From Eledone cirrhosa (Eukaryota): 64,000 bases of DNA. Both the position numbers and the translations under genes were made by a program. How positions within the stretch are numbered: position 1 is the first letter of the stretch; every line of letters starts with the position of its first letter. Positions 11,863-25,478 of this stretch are shown in pieces. The notes under the pieces are model-generated. The model saw nothing but the letters and a program-made list of their open reading frames with translations, had not been told where the DNA came from and made no database searches. Where the stretch lies: positions 399,342,001-399,406,000 of the forward strand of contig OZ024740.1 of the NCBI GenBank assembly GCA_964016885.1, in the 5' to 3' direction.

Positions 11863-11915
<53 letters not shown>

Positions 11916-12088
11916 TATATATATATATTTATCCTTATCGAGCCCTCTTTGGATTTTAGTCTTCAAATTTATTATTATTACTATATATATATATATATAT
12001 GTATATTTATATATAGAGAGTGAGAGGAAGAGAGGGAGAACAAGGAGAGAGAGAAAGAAATAGAGAGGGAGAGAGAGAGAGAGGGAGG

Positions 12089-12140
<52 letters not shown>

Positions 12141-12220
12141 TACACATGTTTCGTAGTATCATTTAAAACTAAGAAGTTGTATATCAATATGGATGTCATA
12201 TTTTAGTGAATGATTCTTAC

Positions 12221-14466
12221 CTGCTTAATAAAATGATACATTTACGACTGGATTGGATTGCTGATAATATATTTTCAGTTATCAGTTTACCTACAGGGAA
12301 ATCCCGATGATGAATGTTTAGACGTAAATGTTCTTTCTCTTCCAATTCTGGAATCAAATAATTTAATGCAAAATCTCTATTTTCGTCCGCATAAATGACA
12401 AATGCATCATAAATATATTCATCTGTAGTGATTCTTTTATAAGAATATTTATCTCGGATCATATAATACAAGTATCGTAGTTTCCATCTAAAATGGTAAA
12501 TTAGTGAGATAACAAGAAATATTATCAGCATCAGAACAGCAAAACTTATTGCTATAATTACTCCTATAAACGGTGAACAACTGTGGTTGAGAAAGCTTAT
12601 AATCACGGGAAGCCGATTGTCTGTCAATCGCCACACTGTTCCATTCGGATGAGTACATTTTGTGTACATTACCTTCAATCTAGCTGAACGACGCACTTTG
12701 TAGAGCCATGTGAGAAATTTAATTTGGTCACAGTCACATTTTAAACTATTGCTTTGCACGTTGACAGTGAGGTTATGGTTTTCAGATATCTTTTCAATAG
12801 CATTAAAAGTGTTTACTGACAGATCGTGTATAAGGTTTCCGGATAAATCAAGATATGATAAATTTAACATATGACTAATCTTTACATCAAAGGTTCTCAA
12901 TAAATTATTGTGTAAATTCAAGATTCTAAGATTTCTCAGATATAATAAACTATTGTTTGACAAATATTCAATGTGATTGTTTGAAAGATGGAATTCCTCG
13001 AGATTTGTTAAGTTAAGAAAAACTTTACTGAAGCCACCTTTGGCAACTTTCCTTGAAAGACCTAAGGAGTTACTTTCTAAATTTAGAACTCGTAGCCCAG
13101 AGAAAAATGTGAAGAATTCGTTACTGATGTTATTGCATTGGTTATGACTTAAATCTAGAATCCGCAATTGTTCTAATCCCCGGAGTGGACCACGCCAAGG
13201 ACAAAATAAGTTGTTCGATGCATTAATTAATTGTAATGAGCTTGCATCTTTTATATGGAATGGTGGTATTGGAAATTTATATTGACAGCCTTGTAATAAT
13301 AGTGTTTGAAGAGATTTAGGAATTGTAAAACTGTAAGTTATATTTCTATTGAATAATTTATTACGAAATAGTGGTAGGATTGTTTCTGATAATGTCATAC
13401 TAATGTCAATTAGTTTAATGCGAGATAAACTCTTGATTTGAAAGATATATTCTCCGTATGTTAATATGTTATTCTTCAAATACACGTATTCCAATGTTTT
13501 GGACAGGAAAGGAATGCTATTCCAAGCAAATAATTCAATTCTATTTGAATTTAAATAAACTGTCTTCAAACTAGTCTTTTGTAAACTACTTGTAAACACT
13601 TCTTCAATAATTGTTCCAGTATCTACGTCATGCTGCATATTATTAAAAGACAAAGTTGTGAACAAACTAGGGTTACGTAGATAATTCATTGTAATCGGGA
13701 TTCTTTTCAGTAAATCATATCTGTTAAATGAAATGGCGAGATACTCCAGATATTTGAAATTATCCATCGAGTGCGTGGCAAAATGGTATAAATCACAGTA
13801 GGATAGATCCAAATGTCTTATATTGGCAACATTTTGAAATGTATAGTTTTCAATGTATTTCATAATTGAACTGTTTCTTTTTGAGGCAAAACTAATATAC
13901 GTTAATTTCGACAGATTCTTATATCCGCTTCCAAATCTGGAGTATTCATTACCTGTCATGTATAAACGTTCCAGCGCAGTTAAATGAGATATTGTATAGT
14001 CAAGATAATATGTCCTCCCATGTATTATGTTACCTCGTAATTTCAGAATTTTTACCCGAGTTAAATTTCGAAAGAGTTTTACAGGAAATGAATGAGTATT
14101 GATAGTTAGTCGATTATACTCCAATGAAAGTTCTCTCAGCGACCACAAACCTTGAAAGGTGTCTGGCAGTAACATCCAAAGTAGATTATCGTCAAATTTA
14201 AGCACCTCTAATAATTTTAAATGCCTCAAACTATTATTAAGTGGAATATGTGTAATGAGATTTCGACTTAAATCTAATAATGTGGTATTTTCTGGAAAAT
14301 AATCGGGTATTTCATTTAGATTTTGGTCAGTACAAACTACCGAACAATGATTTAGTTCCATATCAGTACAGCTGCAAACACCAGGACAGTCTATTTGACA
14401 ATTTGCAGTCACTGTAATGAAGTAACCAAATACGATAGTGTATATGCTGGTCATCGTTATGCACAT
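12221..14466 (-). CDS. Toll-like receptor copy 1, large coding exon (signal peptide, LRRs, TM, N-terminal TIR); last exon outside the window
   Basis: LRRNT CPGVCSC..VVC; many LxxLxLxxN repeats; LRRCT NSLKCDC; TM helix; TIR box 1 YDAFVIY and box 2 HHRDFPVG. Ends at donor AG|GTAAGA (12221/12220); acceptor ttctttcattctag| at 14477. Confidence 0.95.
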
Positions 14467-15469
14467 ATATTTCTGGCTAGAATGAAAGAAATATAAATGT
14501 TTTAGTTAATATCTCCGATAGAATCATATTATAGATTTTTAGATTTTAAGTGAAACAAACTAATGCTTTCAAATATAAATAGTACAGTATATAAATATAT
14601 AAACAAATAAATATAAAACAAAGCTAAATGAAATGACATTCGACAGTGTAAAGATTTTAAAGCATGTATTAATGTATGTATGTGGGTATGCATGTATGTA
14701 GCACCCAACGGTAACAGAAAGAATCAGTCTATGGAAAGTTGTTATGCCCCCACCCAAACTACATGATCACAGCCCCAGAGGATATCAAGGGAGATGAGCT
14801 GGGCTCGTTACTACGGGTGACCAACTCCACCATGATTGTAGTAAACGTTAGGTGATGTTTCGAGTAGACTTGTCTAGCTGAGTTAACCGTGACAGTATGG
14901 AGTTCAGCCAGGTACCACTATCAGGTTAGGAAGTTAAGTGAAATATGCTAGATGGTGCTGGTTAAGCAAGTATAGGAGGTTGTCTGAAGCCTTGTTGTAC
15001 TGGATTATTATACTATTAGTTATCATTAAAACACATGAATTCATAAATTTAATATTTCTTTATATGCAATTTGTTTAGTTATATCTTTATATTTTGTTTC
15101 CGTTGCTAGAAAATTTGCTCTGTTTTATATTCTTAATACCAATAAACAAGGAAAAACGTAGAAAGACTATCACTAAACATGGTATCTAAAGAAGTACTAA
15201 ATTATGATGTAAATTATGAGAATGTTAAAATAAAATATAATGATTCAAATAATACAATGATGATGAAGGAAACATACCATAGTAATTATTGTATCTTAAT
15301 TTTTTCCAACCGTGGATGACCCACGGAACAAGTTAAGGTTAATTATCATCACTGATGTCAAATTCTAATGAGTTTGTGTGCGTTTTCATGATATGTCATT
15401 TTTTAAATGTCAGAATCAAAGCTGCTAGCCTATCCCAGCACTGATACATAATTCATGTTCTATTTGACT

Positions 15470-15740
15470 ATAATTATTACAACATTGTATTATTGAAATT
15501 ATTAAACTATTATACTATTATATACACACTATAGAGAGAAAGAGAGAGAGATGAGAGAGAGTGAGAAAGAATTAATTCCACAACAATTACCAAACCATAC
15601 AAGTGTTTCACCTAAATAGGATTTTCAACTCACATCTTTCCAAGTATTCTGTAATTGTGGAATTAACTCTACACCGAACTCCTCCTTTGGACTGAGTGCT
15701 CTATCAATTTTGGAGATAAACTTTCTGATTTTTCACTACG

Positions 15741-15830
<90 letters not shown>

Positions 15831-16110
15831 AGAGAGAGAGAGAAAGAGAGAGAGATGAGAGAGAGAGAGACAGAGAGAGTAGTTTAGTTATTGCAAAACA
15901 TTGTGAGGTTTGTAGTAAAAATCCGATAGTTTTTTACTTAAAGCCGAGGAGAACAAAACAAAGTAATGTTTTACCCAGTATATTTTAGCATGATATTTCA
16001 GGGGTAATATCCTCTTTGTAGATGCGAAACATCTACGTCATGACAAACGAACCGTCAGTTTTCTACCCTAAGAATACGTGTGGTCACTACACTTACCATT
16101 CGGCCTCATG
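15470..16110. repeat. About 640-bp inverted repeat, partner at about 22210-22880
   Basis: 15601-15742 is the reverse complement of 22599-22740, and similarity continues through the TA/GA tracts on both sides. Confidence 0.9.
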
Positions 16111-16329
16111 CATTGATTCCATAGACTAATTAACACAAATACAATGAAACTCTGTTTCTCAATCACAACTAATATAGCTGTACAATTGGCTTTTAGTCTC
16201 AATAGGACATTAAAAAAAAACAACACCAAATCATTAAAAAGGAATAATAAGACACAGCTATTGAATACACACAACCAAAATATACCCCTATGTTCTCTTT
16301 AGGCAAGTTGGTGAAGTATTTATATGTTT

Positions 16330-16560
16330 TTCCCATCTTGACGTTTTCATCGGTATTCACGTATCATTTCTCCTATTCTACGGGCTGTTGCACCTATGTT
16401 GTATTTTTATTCCTACACTGTCCCTCAGTACATCGTATGCTATATACTACGTTTCTAGTTTTGCAGTTAGTTTGTGGGCTTAACTTGCAGACTATGCATT
16501 TCCTATCAGTGCAGGGGGTTCTTTGAAATAGAACATAAGGGCACGTTAGAGAACGTAGTG
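16330..16560 (-). pseudogene. Decayed PLE Cys-linker / GIY-YIG start (duplicate at about 44263-44493)
   Basis: Translation PCTDRKCIVCK...NCKTRNVVYSIRC followed by stops. Confidence 0.6.
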
Positions 16561-16819
16561 ATAAATTTATTTTCACACACAGAAAAGGCGCAAGGCTCAG
16601 ACAACTTACTGAGGCGAGAAACATAAACGAACTCCAACCAAAATGAAACAGAAAATATGAGTGGAATAGCAACATAGAAAATTAAGGACAAAATAAAAAC
16701 ATTCAGAGATACACAAAAACCAAACTAATAAAACAAACCAGACACACACAGATAGAACAAACAATTAGTGACAATTCTTAAAAAAAAAGAAGAGTTTTAT
16801 AATATATATAAAATATATA

Positions 16820-16868
16820 AACTATAACAGGTTTCGATGTATCAGTCTCAGCCATCTTATCAAATGTT
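16820..16868 (-). ncRNA. Minimal type I hammerhead, U3-A8 variant (duplicate at 44753-44801)
   Basis: AACAT-TTGATAA-GATG...CATC-GAAA-CCTG-TT-AT(A)GTT. Confidence 0.6.
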
Positions 16869-16983
16869 GAATATTACAATTAAAAGGAATTAAAACTTAA
16901 AAATGTAAAATTAAGTGTTGAAGACGACTGTACATCTTTCTTGTTGAGAAAACTCAGTCTAAAATGGAATCTTATATGTATGC

Positions 16984-17038
<55 letters not shown>

Positions 17039-17039
17039 T

Positions 17040-17779
17040 AATTTAATATATCAACTAACATAAGCGCACAGATGCACGCCCATGCCAGCAAATACACAGG
17101 TTATGTCATAGTACCTAGGTGGTTCAATGCAGGAGAATGCAGAACAATAATATAAAGGACGTAAAATAAGAAAATATTTTTTTAAAAAAATTTAAAAAAA
17201 ATTTTTTTCTTACTTAAATTTTCACTCCAACTAATTAGTTTCTGCAATGGGATAAAGACAGTTATGTAATCCAACTGTCGAGAATTCATTGCGTCATCAG
17301 GAAGTCTATTCTCAGTTAAGTCTCCAGGCAATGCGCGGACACTGGCGGCTCATATAAAAATAATAATAATTCGGTAGATCGAACAGCTTGCGAGGACTGG
17401 ATTCTATGTACCGAAATTCTCACTGCTTCAAGTTAAATGGCCGATTCTAAAGAATCAATCACGTGACACGTCACGTGATTGATTCTTTAGAATCGGCCAT
17501 TTGACTTGAAGCAGTGAGAATTTCGGTACATAGAATCCAGTCCTCGCAAGCTGTTCGATCTACCGAATTATTATTATTTTTATATGAGCCGCCAGTGTCC
17601 GCGCATTGCCTGGAGACTTAACTGAGAATAGACTTCCTGATGACGCAATGAATTCTCGACAGTTGAATTACATAACTGTCTTTATCCCATTGCAGAAACT
17701 AATTAGTTGGAGTGAAAATTTAAGTAAGAAAAAAATTTTTTTTAAATTTTTTTAAAAAAATATTTTCTTATTTTACGTC

Positions 17780-17787
<8 letters not shown>
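17040..17787. repeat. Near-perfect palindrome 17150-17787 (about 318-bp arms, 2-bp spacer) plus an about 110-bp tail, inserted in (TA)n
   Basis: Centre atcacgtgac-ac-gtcacgtgat at 17468/17469; two mismatches seen; absent from unit 2 (44930-44958). Confidence 0.92.
17632..17713 (+). ncRNA. Type I hammerhead with long stem II (mirror copy at 17224-17305, minus strand)
   Basis: ACTTC-CTGATGA-C-GCAATG...CATTGC-A-GAAA-CT(aatt)AG-TT-GGAGT; palindromic stem III; C.A mismatch at the base of stem II. Confidence 0.7.
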
Positions 17788-17834
<47 letters not shown>

Positions 17835-17877
17835 AGAAAAAAAAGAGAATCAATGTTCCGACGAATGGAATTTATTG

Positions 17878-17973
17878 GACAAATTACAATCGTTTCTCTG
17901 GCGACCAGCTCGAGGCACGATCGATGTGATGATCGAACCTGACTCTGAAAATCGGAAGGTCCTCAGATACGTC
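17878..17973 (-). ncRNA. Type I hammerhead in a short (TA)n-flanked insert, 17832-18023 (duplicate at 45005-45100)
   Basis: GACGTAT-CTGAGGA-C...A-GAAA-CGATTG-TA-AT(T/A)TGTC; the unit 2 copy has a full 7-bp stem I. Confidence 0.65.
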
Positions 17974-18020
17974 TTGATTCTACGGCCTACCACATACGGA
18001 CGCTTTAAGCATCCAACACC

Positions 18021-18087
<67 letters not shown>

Positions 18088-18089
<2 letters not shown>

Positions 18090-18562
18090 AAAAAGTATGA
18101 CCCCGACGGCAGAGCTCAAACCGTTTCGACGGCTATTTCTGGACTAAATTAGAACTTTTAGTCTGCTGAATAAATAGCCGAACTTTTCAAGGGGGTACTT
18201 CCTCATATGGGAAGATTGTAGTTGTCAAGAGGATTGGTTAAAATTTGTTGTAAACACAAATAAGTCTATCATGGCATTTGGTGGGAGGTAGGGGTGGCTG
18301 AACTTGCATGTAGAACAATGGGGGAGTTTTAACTAATCCTCTTGACAACTACAATCTTCCCATATGAGGAAGTACCCCCTTGAAAAGTTCTGCTATTTAT
18401 TCACCAGTCTAAAAATTCTAATTTAGTCCAGAACTAGCCGTCGAAGCGGCTTGAGCTCTGCCGTCGGGATCATACTTTTTCCTAATCCCACTCTACTATC
18501 CTAAGTATTGAGTACTCTGGTGCGTTATGGTCCATTTGGTTCCTTACCACAATTCCTTTGTT
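18088..18562. mobile_element. Fold-back pLTR insertion, family A subfamily, with U3-A8 hammerheads at 18100-18195 (-) and 18376-18470 (+)
   Basis: Inverted arms similar to 10367/11862; core TTGAAAA; same tail ending ...ccttaccac... followed by (TA)n. Confidence 0.85.
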
Positions 18563-18577
18563 ATATATATATATATA

Positions 18578-19313
<736 letters not shown>

Positions 19314-19539
19314 TATAGATACATATCCATACATACATACACATACATATACATACTTATCACAAACACATACATGCAAATACAAACACGCACATATGTA
19401 TGTGTGTAAAACTCATTCTTAGATGTATTCATATGAACCTAGTTTAACTCTAAAATATATATATATACATATATATATACACACACACACATATATATAT
19501 ATATATACCTACACACACATATACATACACATACATATG

Positions 19540-19613
<74 letters not shown>

Positions 19614-20177
19614 CACATATATATATATATATAAGAAAAAAATAAATATTATATATATAAATAATAAATATGGTATCTATAAAAATAAAAAGTTGGGAAT
19701 ACGACAAATAATAAATAAAAAAATAATTAGAAAAGGGTATAAATGTTTATAGCTCATTTAGAACACTCAACAAGTTCCTGGGGCAAATGATCAATGAAAA
19801 TGAGCATTAAATCACTGTATGTAATTATGCATATACACACCCACATACATATACATATATATATACATATATATACATATATATACACACACACAAACAC
19901 AACCACAGAAATACACACAGACATACATACACATACATACATATACGTATATATATACACACACATAGGAAAAAGTATGACCCCACGGCAGAGCTCAAGC
20001 CGTTTCTGAGGCTATTATATATATACACACAAAACCATTATATAAAAATACATATACACGCACAAATATACACACGCCCACACACACACAAATACAACAG
20101 AAGCATATAAAATACAATTATATATATATATACATATACATACAGATAAATATAAACATACATACACACACATATAC

Positions 20178-20256
<79 letters not shown>

Positions 20257-20258
<2 letters not shown>

Positions 20259-20445
20259 TAAGTAAGACCCCGACGGCTGAGCTCAAGCCGTTTCGACGGC
20301 TAATTCTGTACCGAATTAGCCGTCGAAACGGCTTGAGTTCAGCCGTCGGGGTCTTACTTACTCATATTACCCACTCTACTACCCTAAGTATTGAGTACTT
20401 TGGTGCGTTATGGTCCACCTGGTTCCTTACCACTTTTCCTTCGCT
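20257..20445. mobile_element. Miniature family A fold-back (about 50-bp arms plus tail)
   Basis: gagtaagtaagaccccgacggc...aattc / gaattagccgtcgaaac...ggtcttacttactc; contains only the 3' half of the hammerhead. Confidence 0.85.
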
Positions 20446-20509
20446 ATATATATATATATATACATATATATACACATATACGCAACACACACACACACAC
20501 AAATAAATA

Positions 20510-21400
20510 TCTAAAAATAAAAAAATTGGGTATGTGAAGGGTAAGGCAGAACGTAGAGGGGGGGGGGAATAAGGAAAATAAATGACATAGGAAAAGGTTT
20601 AAATATAAGGGGAGATAAGGGAGAAAAAGAATACGAGAGTACAGAAAGTGAATTCAGAAGGTAAAAAAACCGTAGTGGATGTAAGGCGTAGAGAGCAGAG
20701 AAGGAGTTCAAGGTGGTTGAGTTATCGTAGGAATGTCAATCCAGTTACAGATCAGATGTGATTTCAGGTGAGGACAACATCTGAAGATCTCGGTCTTTGA
20801 GTTCAGGCAAGCAGAAGTGGCTTTCAAATTTTGTAAAATCCTAAATTTTTCAGTGGTACACAAAGAACAATTCTTTGTGCTCCTTTGGTACTCCCTCGAA
20901 TGGTCTAAAATAGACCATTCGATAGAGTACGGGATGTTTTTATCCTTGAATTCCCACACTTTACTTGCGAGGGCTGTTGCTGTTCTTTTATCGGAGTGCT
21001 TAAAAGAAGCGACATGTGCATAAAACCTGGTTTTAAACCTGTCCTGGGTCATGCCAACATATCGTTCACTCCTGGCTGGCTGGTTGTTGATTAAAGATGT
21101 TACTTTAGCCTCATATACAACGGATTTGGTGTTACATTTGCCCTGTAATGGGCATTCATCCGGCTTCCTGCAACTCCGTCCTGGATTTATTCTCGTGCGA
21201 TTCGAATTAGACTGACCGATTAGAACTAAGATTGACCTATCACAATGGTTAAATACATCCTCTGTTATTTCTTGGTTTAATAATATACAAGGTAAACATA
21301 AGTGTAGATTTACCCAATTTGATATTGTTGATTTTTACCCCTCTATTACTGTTTCCTTGTTAACTAATGCCTTAGAGTTGCAAGACCCTTCATTAATATT
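20510..21400 (-). mobile_element. PLE fragment: GIY-YIG on minus (20708-21170) with an inverted RT fragment on plus (about 21230-21380)
   Basis: Minus strand: CPLQGKC..KSVVYEA..YVGMT...FKTR..H. Plus strand: SQWLNTSSVISWFNNIQGKHKCRFTQFDIVDFYPSIT. Confidence 0.85.
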
Positions 21401-21613
21401 TCTACACCAATAAATACACCAGGATTTTTTCATTCTGATGATTGAAAGCAAAATTTGTTTGCTTTTAAGAAACCTCTGGTAAATGAAATAATTGCCTTAT
21501 GTTGTTTATTACATAACTATTAAGCTCTGTTACCTACATAGAGCACTCTTTTTTCCTGGACCTTTCAGACGGAATTACTTCATTTACACATACACACACA
21601 CACACACACACAT

Positions 21614-21662
<49 letters not shown>

Positions 21663-21710
21663 TATGTATGTATGTATGTATGTATGTATGTATGTATGCA
21701 TGTATGTATG

Positions 21711-21960
21711 TATCCAATGATGTTGACTTGTTCTTTATGGTTAATATCATCCTGGTTAAGAGAGTGGGACTGGCTTTGTGCAGTGCCTTTTCTCACTACA
21801 AAAGCTTCACGGCACAGGCATTGCTTTGTATCTGAAGATCTCTCTGCACTTGTCGTCACGTGGTGCCATGGGCCCAGCACTATGTGTCAATAATTGTCAT
21901 AATAATTTGTACCAGAGTTTCAAGTCGCTGGCTGGACTAAAAGTCACACTTGTTTAGCGC
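21711..21960. repeat. Unclassified interspersed repeat next to (ATGT)n; diverged copy at about 49928-50044
   Basis: tccaatgatgttgacttgttct...gagagtgggactggctttgtgcagtgcc...cacggcacaggcattg is present at both sites, each just right of an (ATGT)n tract. Confidence 0.6.
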
Positions 21961-22534
21961 ATCGGTAAGGGTTCTCCTACATGGATATAAGGTAGTGGCC
22001 GTACTCGAAAACGAGTTGGCAGCCACCATGTATCTATGTATCTATGTATGTATGTACATATCCCTGTCTCTGTCTCAGCTTTTCTTTTCTACTCTGGAAG
22101 AAATTTGCTGCTCTCCGGCTTGGAGAGGGATAAACTCCGCCAGGTTTAAAATACCCTAGAGACGCCGTATGTCAATACGGCGCCCCTACGACTCTAATAG
22201 GTAAAAAAAAATGCATGAGGCCGAATGGTAAGTGTAGTGACCCCACGTATTCTTAGGGTAGGAAACTGACGGTTCGTTTGTCATGTCGTAGACTGTTACA
22301 GCTTCGCCTCTACAAAGAGGATATTACCCCTGAAATATCATGCTAAAATATACTGGGTAAAACATTTCTTTGTTTTGTTCTCCTTTTCATTTACATCATC
22401 TGCCCTTCGTATTTTTCTACCGCATTGTATCGGATTTAAGTAAAAAACTATCGGATTTTTACTACAAATCTCACAATGTTTTGCAATAACTAAACTACTC
22501 TCTCTCTCTGTCTCTCTCTCTCATCTCTCTCTCT

Positions 22535-22600
<66 letters not shown>

Positions 22601-23140
22601 CGTAGTGAAAAATCAGAAAGTTTATCTCCAAAATTGATAGAGCACTCAGTCCAAAGGAGGAGTTCGGTGTAGAGTTAATTCCACAATTACCGAATACTTG
22701 GAATGATGTGAGTTGAAAATCCTATTTAGGTGAAACACTTGTTGTATGGTTTGGTAATTGTTGTGGAATTAATTCTTTCTCACTCTCTCTCATCTCTCTC
22801 TCTTTCTCTCTATAGTGTGTATATAATAGTATAATAGTATAATAATTTCAATAATACCATGATGTAATAATTATAATGATATAACAATGAAATGATTGTA
22901 ACAATATTAATTCTATTTTCTTTCTCACCTATCCATCCAGAGGTGATAAATTACTTTGACAAAATTGTCTGAATGTACAAATAAATGTCAGAATAATTAT
23001 TGTGTTTTAATTGTCAACAGCCGTAGAATTCCCACTTGTTCAGTTAGAAATAATATTAATATTACAGAGAAAATAAATTTGTAGATAGTTTCATGTGTTT
23101 AGTGCATATGTGTAGGAAACTTGAATATTGGAAATCTTAC

Positions 23141-23288
23141 CTCATTTTGTATCAAATTATGATAGCCAAAAAAGCAAATATTTCTCTCTCTTTGGTAACC
23201 GGTTTATGTTTCTATATATTTATATATTCCAAAACGATACAGTACACTGAAGACAGATTAGTTTAATGTTTTATACAGTAGGAAATGT
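23141..23288 (-). other. Putative non-coding 5' exon of TLR copy 1 (paralog 62893-63040 for copy 2); 5' boundary unknown
   Basis: Strong donor GAG|GTAAGA at 23141/23140 and at 62893/62892, in non-TE sequence conserved in both units. The coding exon has an acceptor 10 nt before its ATG. Confidence 0.5.
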
Positions 23289-24689
23289 ATATATCTTCTT
23301 CTGGTTTCATAATTTCTCAAATTTTTGCCAATAGAGAGAGAGCCGGTTTCTTACATAGATACAAGACTCTTTCATTGGAATTTACACAACATCAACTTGG
23401 TAGATATGTCTGCATGTCTGCATGCATGCAGACATTGTTATTGTATATGTGGATGTGTACGTATATGTGTGGATATGTATGTATGTATAATATATGATTG
23501 ACTGTAGTTGATACATATGATATATATGATTGTCTAGATTTGAGTAGAGCGACATATATTTCCTGTTTTTGAAAAAATTGCCGCTTCCTGTTTTTGAAAA
23601 AAATACTTTCTTCTCAAGTATATTTTAGGTGTCTCCTAAATGTTGATGTGATAGAAACAATACTATGGCAATTGTTAGGTTCAGGTGGTGCTTCTTCTTT
23701 GATGTTTGTGTGTCTGTTATCGGGATAAAACATTGAGAATTTTCGCGATATTCTCCATAGAATCCATTTCGATTATATTGATTCTGTTCGTTACATTCCA
23801 GGCATGCTGGCGTGTATACAATGAAAATAAATATAGTTCACAATTTCTACTATTGTGCACAGGTGATATATTATTTAAGCAAATTTCAATGATTTCAATG
23901 ATTTCTACCCAAACAAAAATATTCAACCCTATTTATAGAAAAAAGTATATATAAGACTATTAGTATAATTCAAGATTTACATTGTATTACAGAATTTTCC
24001 AAAATACTTCCTATATTCTTCGTTTCCAAGCATATTTAAACTCAGACATTACGGTCTGTTTAGTTAACCCTTAAGATGTGATGTGCGGCCGATTGTCGCG
24101 CTTGGTGGTGAATTTATGGTTGTTTTTTTACTTCTCTCTTTTATGAGTTTATATTTGTGTTTATTAACGACATTATATCTGTAAGATTTATCGTATTTAA
24201 ATCCATTTCCGTACACTGCGCTATAACTATGACTTTACAAACTTTGTAGTGATTAAAACTAATTAATTGATTTGAATTTCCAAATTCGTACAACTTGCTC
24301 TCCCAATTAACATTACATATATAAGCATTATTGTTCAACTCTCATTGTAATCTCTAGCAAATATTAATCATTTTGAAATAACCATGTGTAGCGAATAACC
24401 ATGTGTAGCTTAAAAGGTTAGTATGCGTTTTGTTAGATTGTTTTTTATTTAATTACATATATTTTTTAATTAAGTTTTATTATATACATAAATTTCCAGT
24501 TTTATATATAACATTAAAAATATTGTTATACTTTGGGAGGGTCATGTTGCCAATAAGAAACACACGCACCAGATGCTTTCACTTCAATTTATTATAATAA
24601 ATTTATAAATTTATAAATTCATAAATTTAGGAATTTATAGATTTCTGGTTGGTTGGTTGGTTCCACAACCAGATGATTGTTTATATATT

Positions 24690-24731
24690 GTCAAAGTTCT
24701 TTCGTCACACATTCTGTGATCTCTTCAGTGA
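24690..24731 (-). ncRNA. Degenerate minimal hammerhead in an old pLTR-like repeat (about 24540-25030, related to 16590-16760)
   Basis: TCA-CTGAAGA-G(A)TCACA(gaatg)TGTGAC-GAAA-GAAC-TT-TGA. Confidence 0.5.
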
Positions 24732-25478
24732 TTCTTTGTTTTTGTGCCTCTCCTTTGTTCTGTCCTACACCATCTTGTTTTTGTGTGTGTGTTGCGTGCT
24801 TAGTTTGCACATGTGTTACATCCGGGTGTCTGTGTGTGTTTATATTCGTTTATTTATTTGTTTATTTACATGTTACTGGTTGGTTGTTTGTTCTATGTGC
24901 GTGTGTGCTTTCATTTTGTCCTTAATTGTAAGTTGTGATGTTGCTGTTCCACTCATGTTTTCTATTTAATTTTGGTTGGAGTTCATTTATGTTTATTGCC
25001 TCTGTGATTTGTCTAAACATTGCGTTTTTTTTTTTTTTTTTTTTAAATGTTTTAAATGTATACATAAATTTTAGGAAAATATATTTTCAAGTTAGTTATA
25101 ATAAAAATATAATAGTATAATGCTTACAGACCGAAAATACAAACACATAATATATATAGGGTGGTCACTGAATGACTGAATGATATAAAACAAAAATAAC
25201 TTTTACAAACACACGTCTTTTAAACTTTTTTATTATTTTATTTGGAAATATAAGTAATAGATATTTTTCAGTATTATGTGTGAAAAGCAACAAGGAATGC
25301 TCTATAACCTTAAAAAACCCCAGAAAAAAAAAGATTGAAACCGAACAAGTTTTCCAGTGGCCCCCTGTACAAATATAAACGCAAAAAGAGATACAAATAC
25401 ATAAAAAAGATGATAAAAGAAGGGGCAGTGCAATTCACCACCAAGTACGACAATCGGCTGAACATCACATCATAAGAG

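Noticed and set aside
12217-12220. Apparent premature stop truncating the TIR domain (also 40132-40135)
   Set aside because: The TAA lies in the GTAAGA splice donor; a phase-matched final exon exists at 25977-25737.
25157-25200. tatagggtggtca... resembling a Tc1/mariner terminus
   Set aside because: No convincing partner inverted repeat or transposase found.
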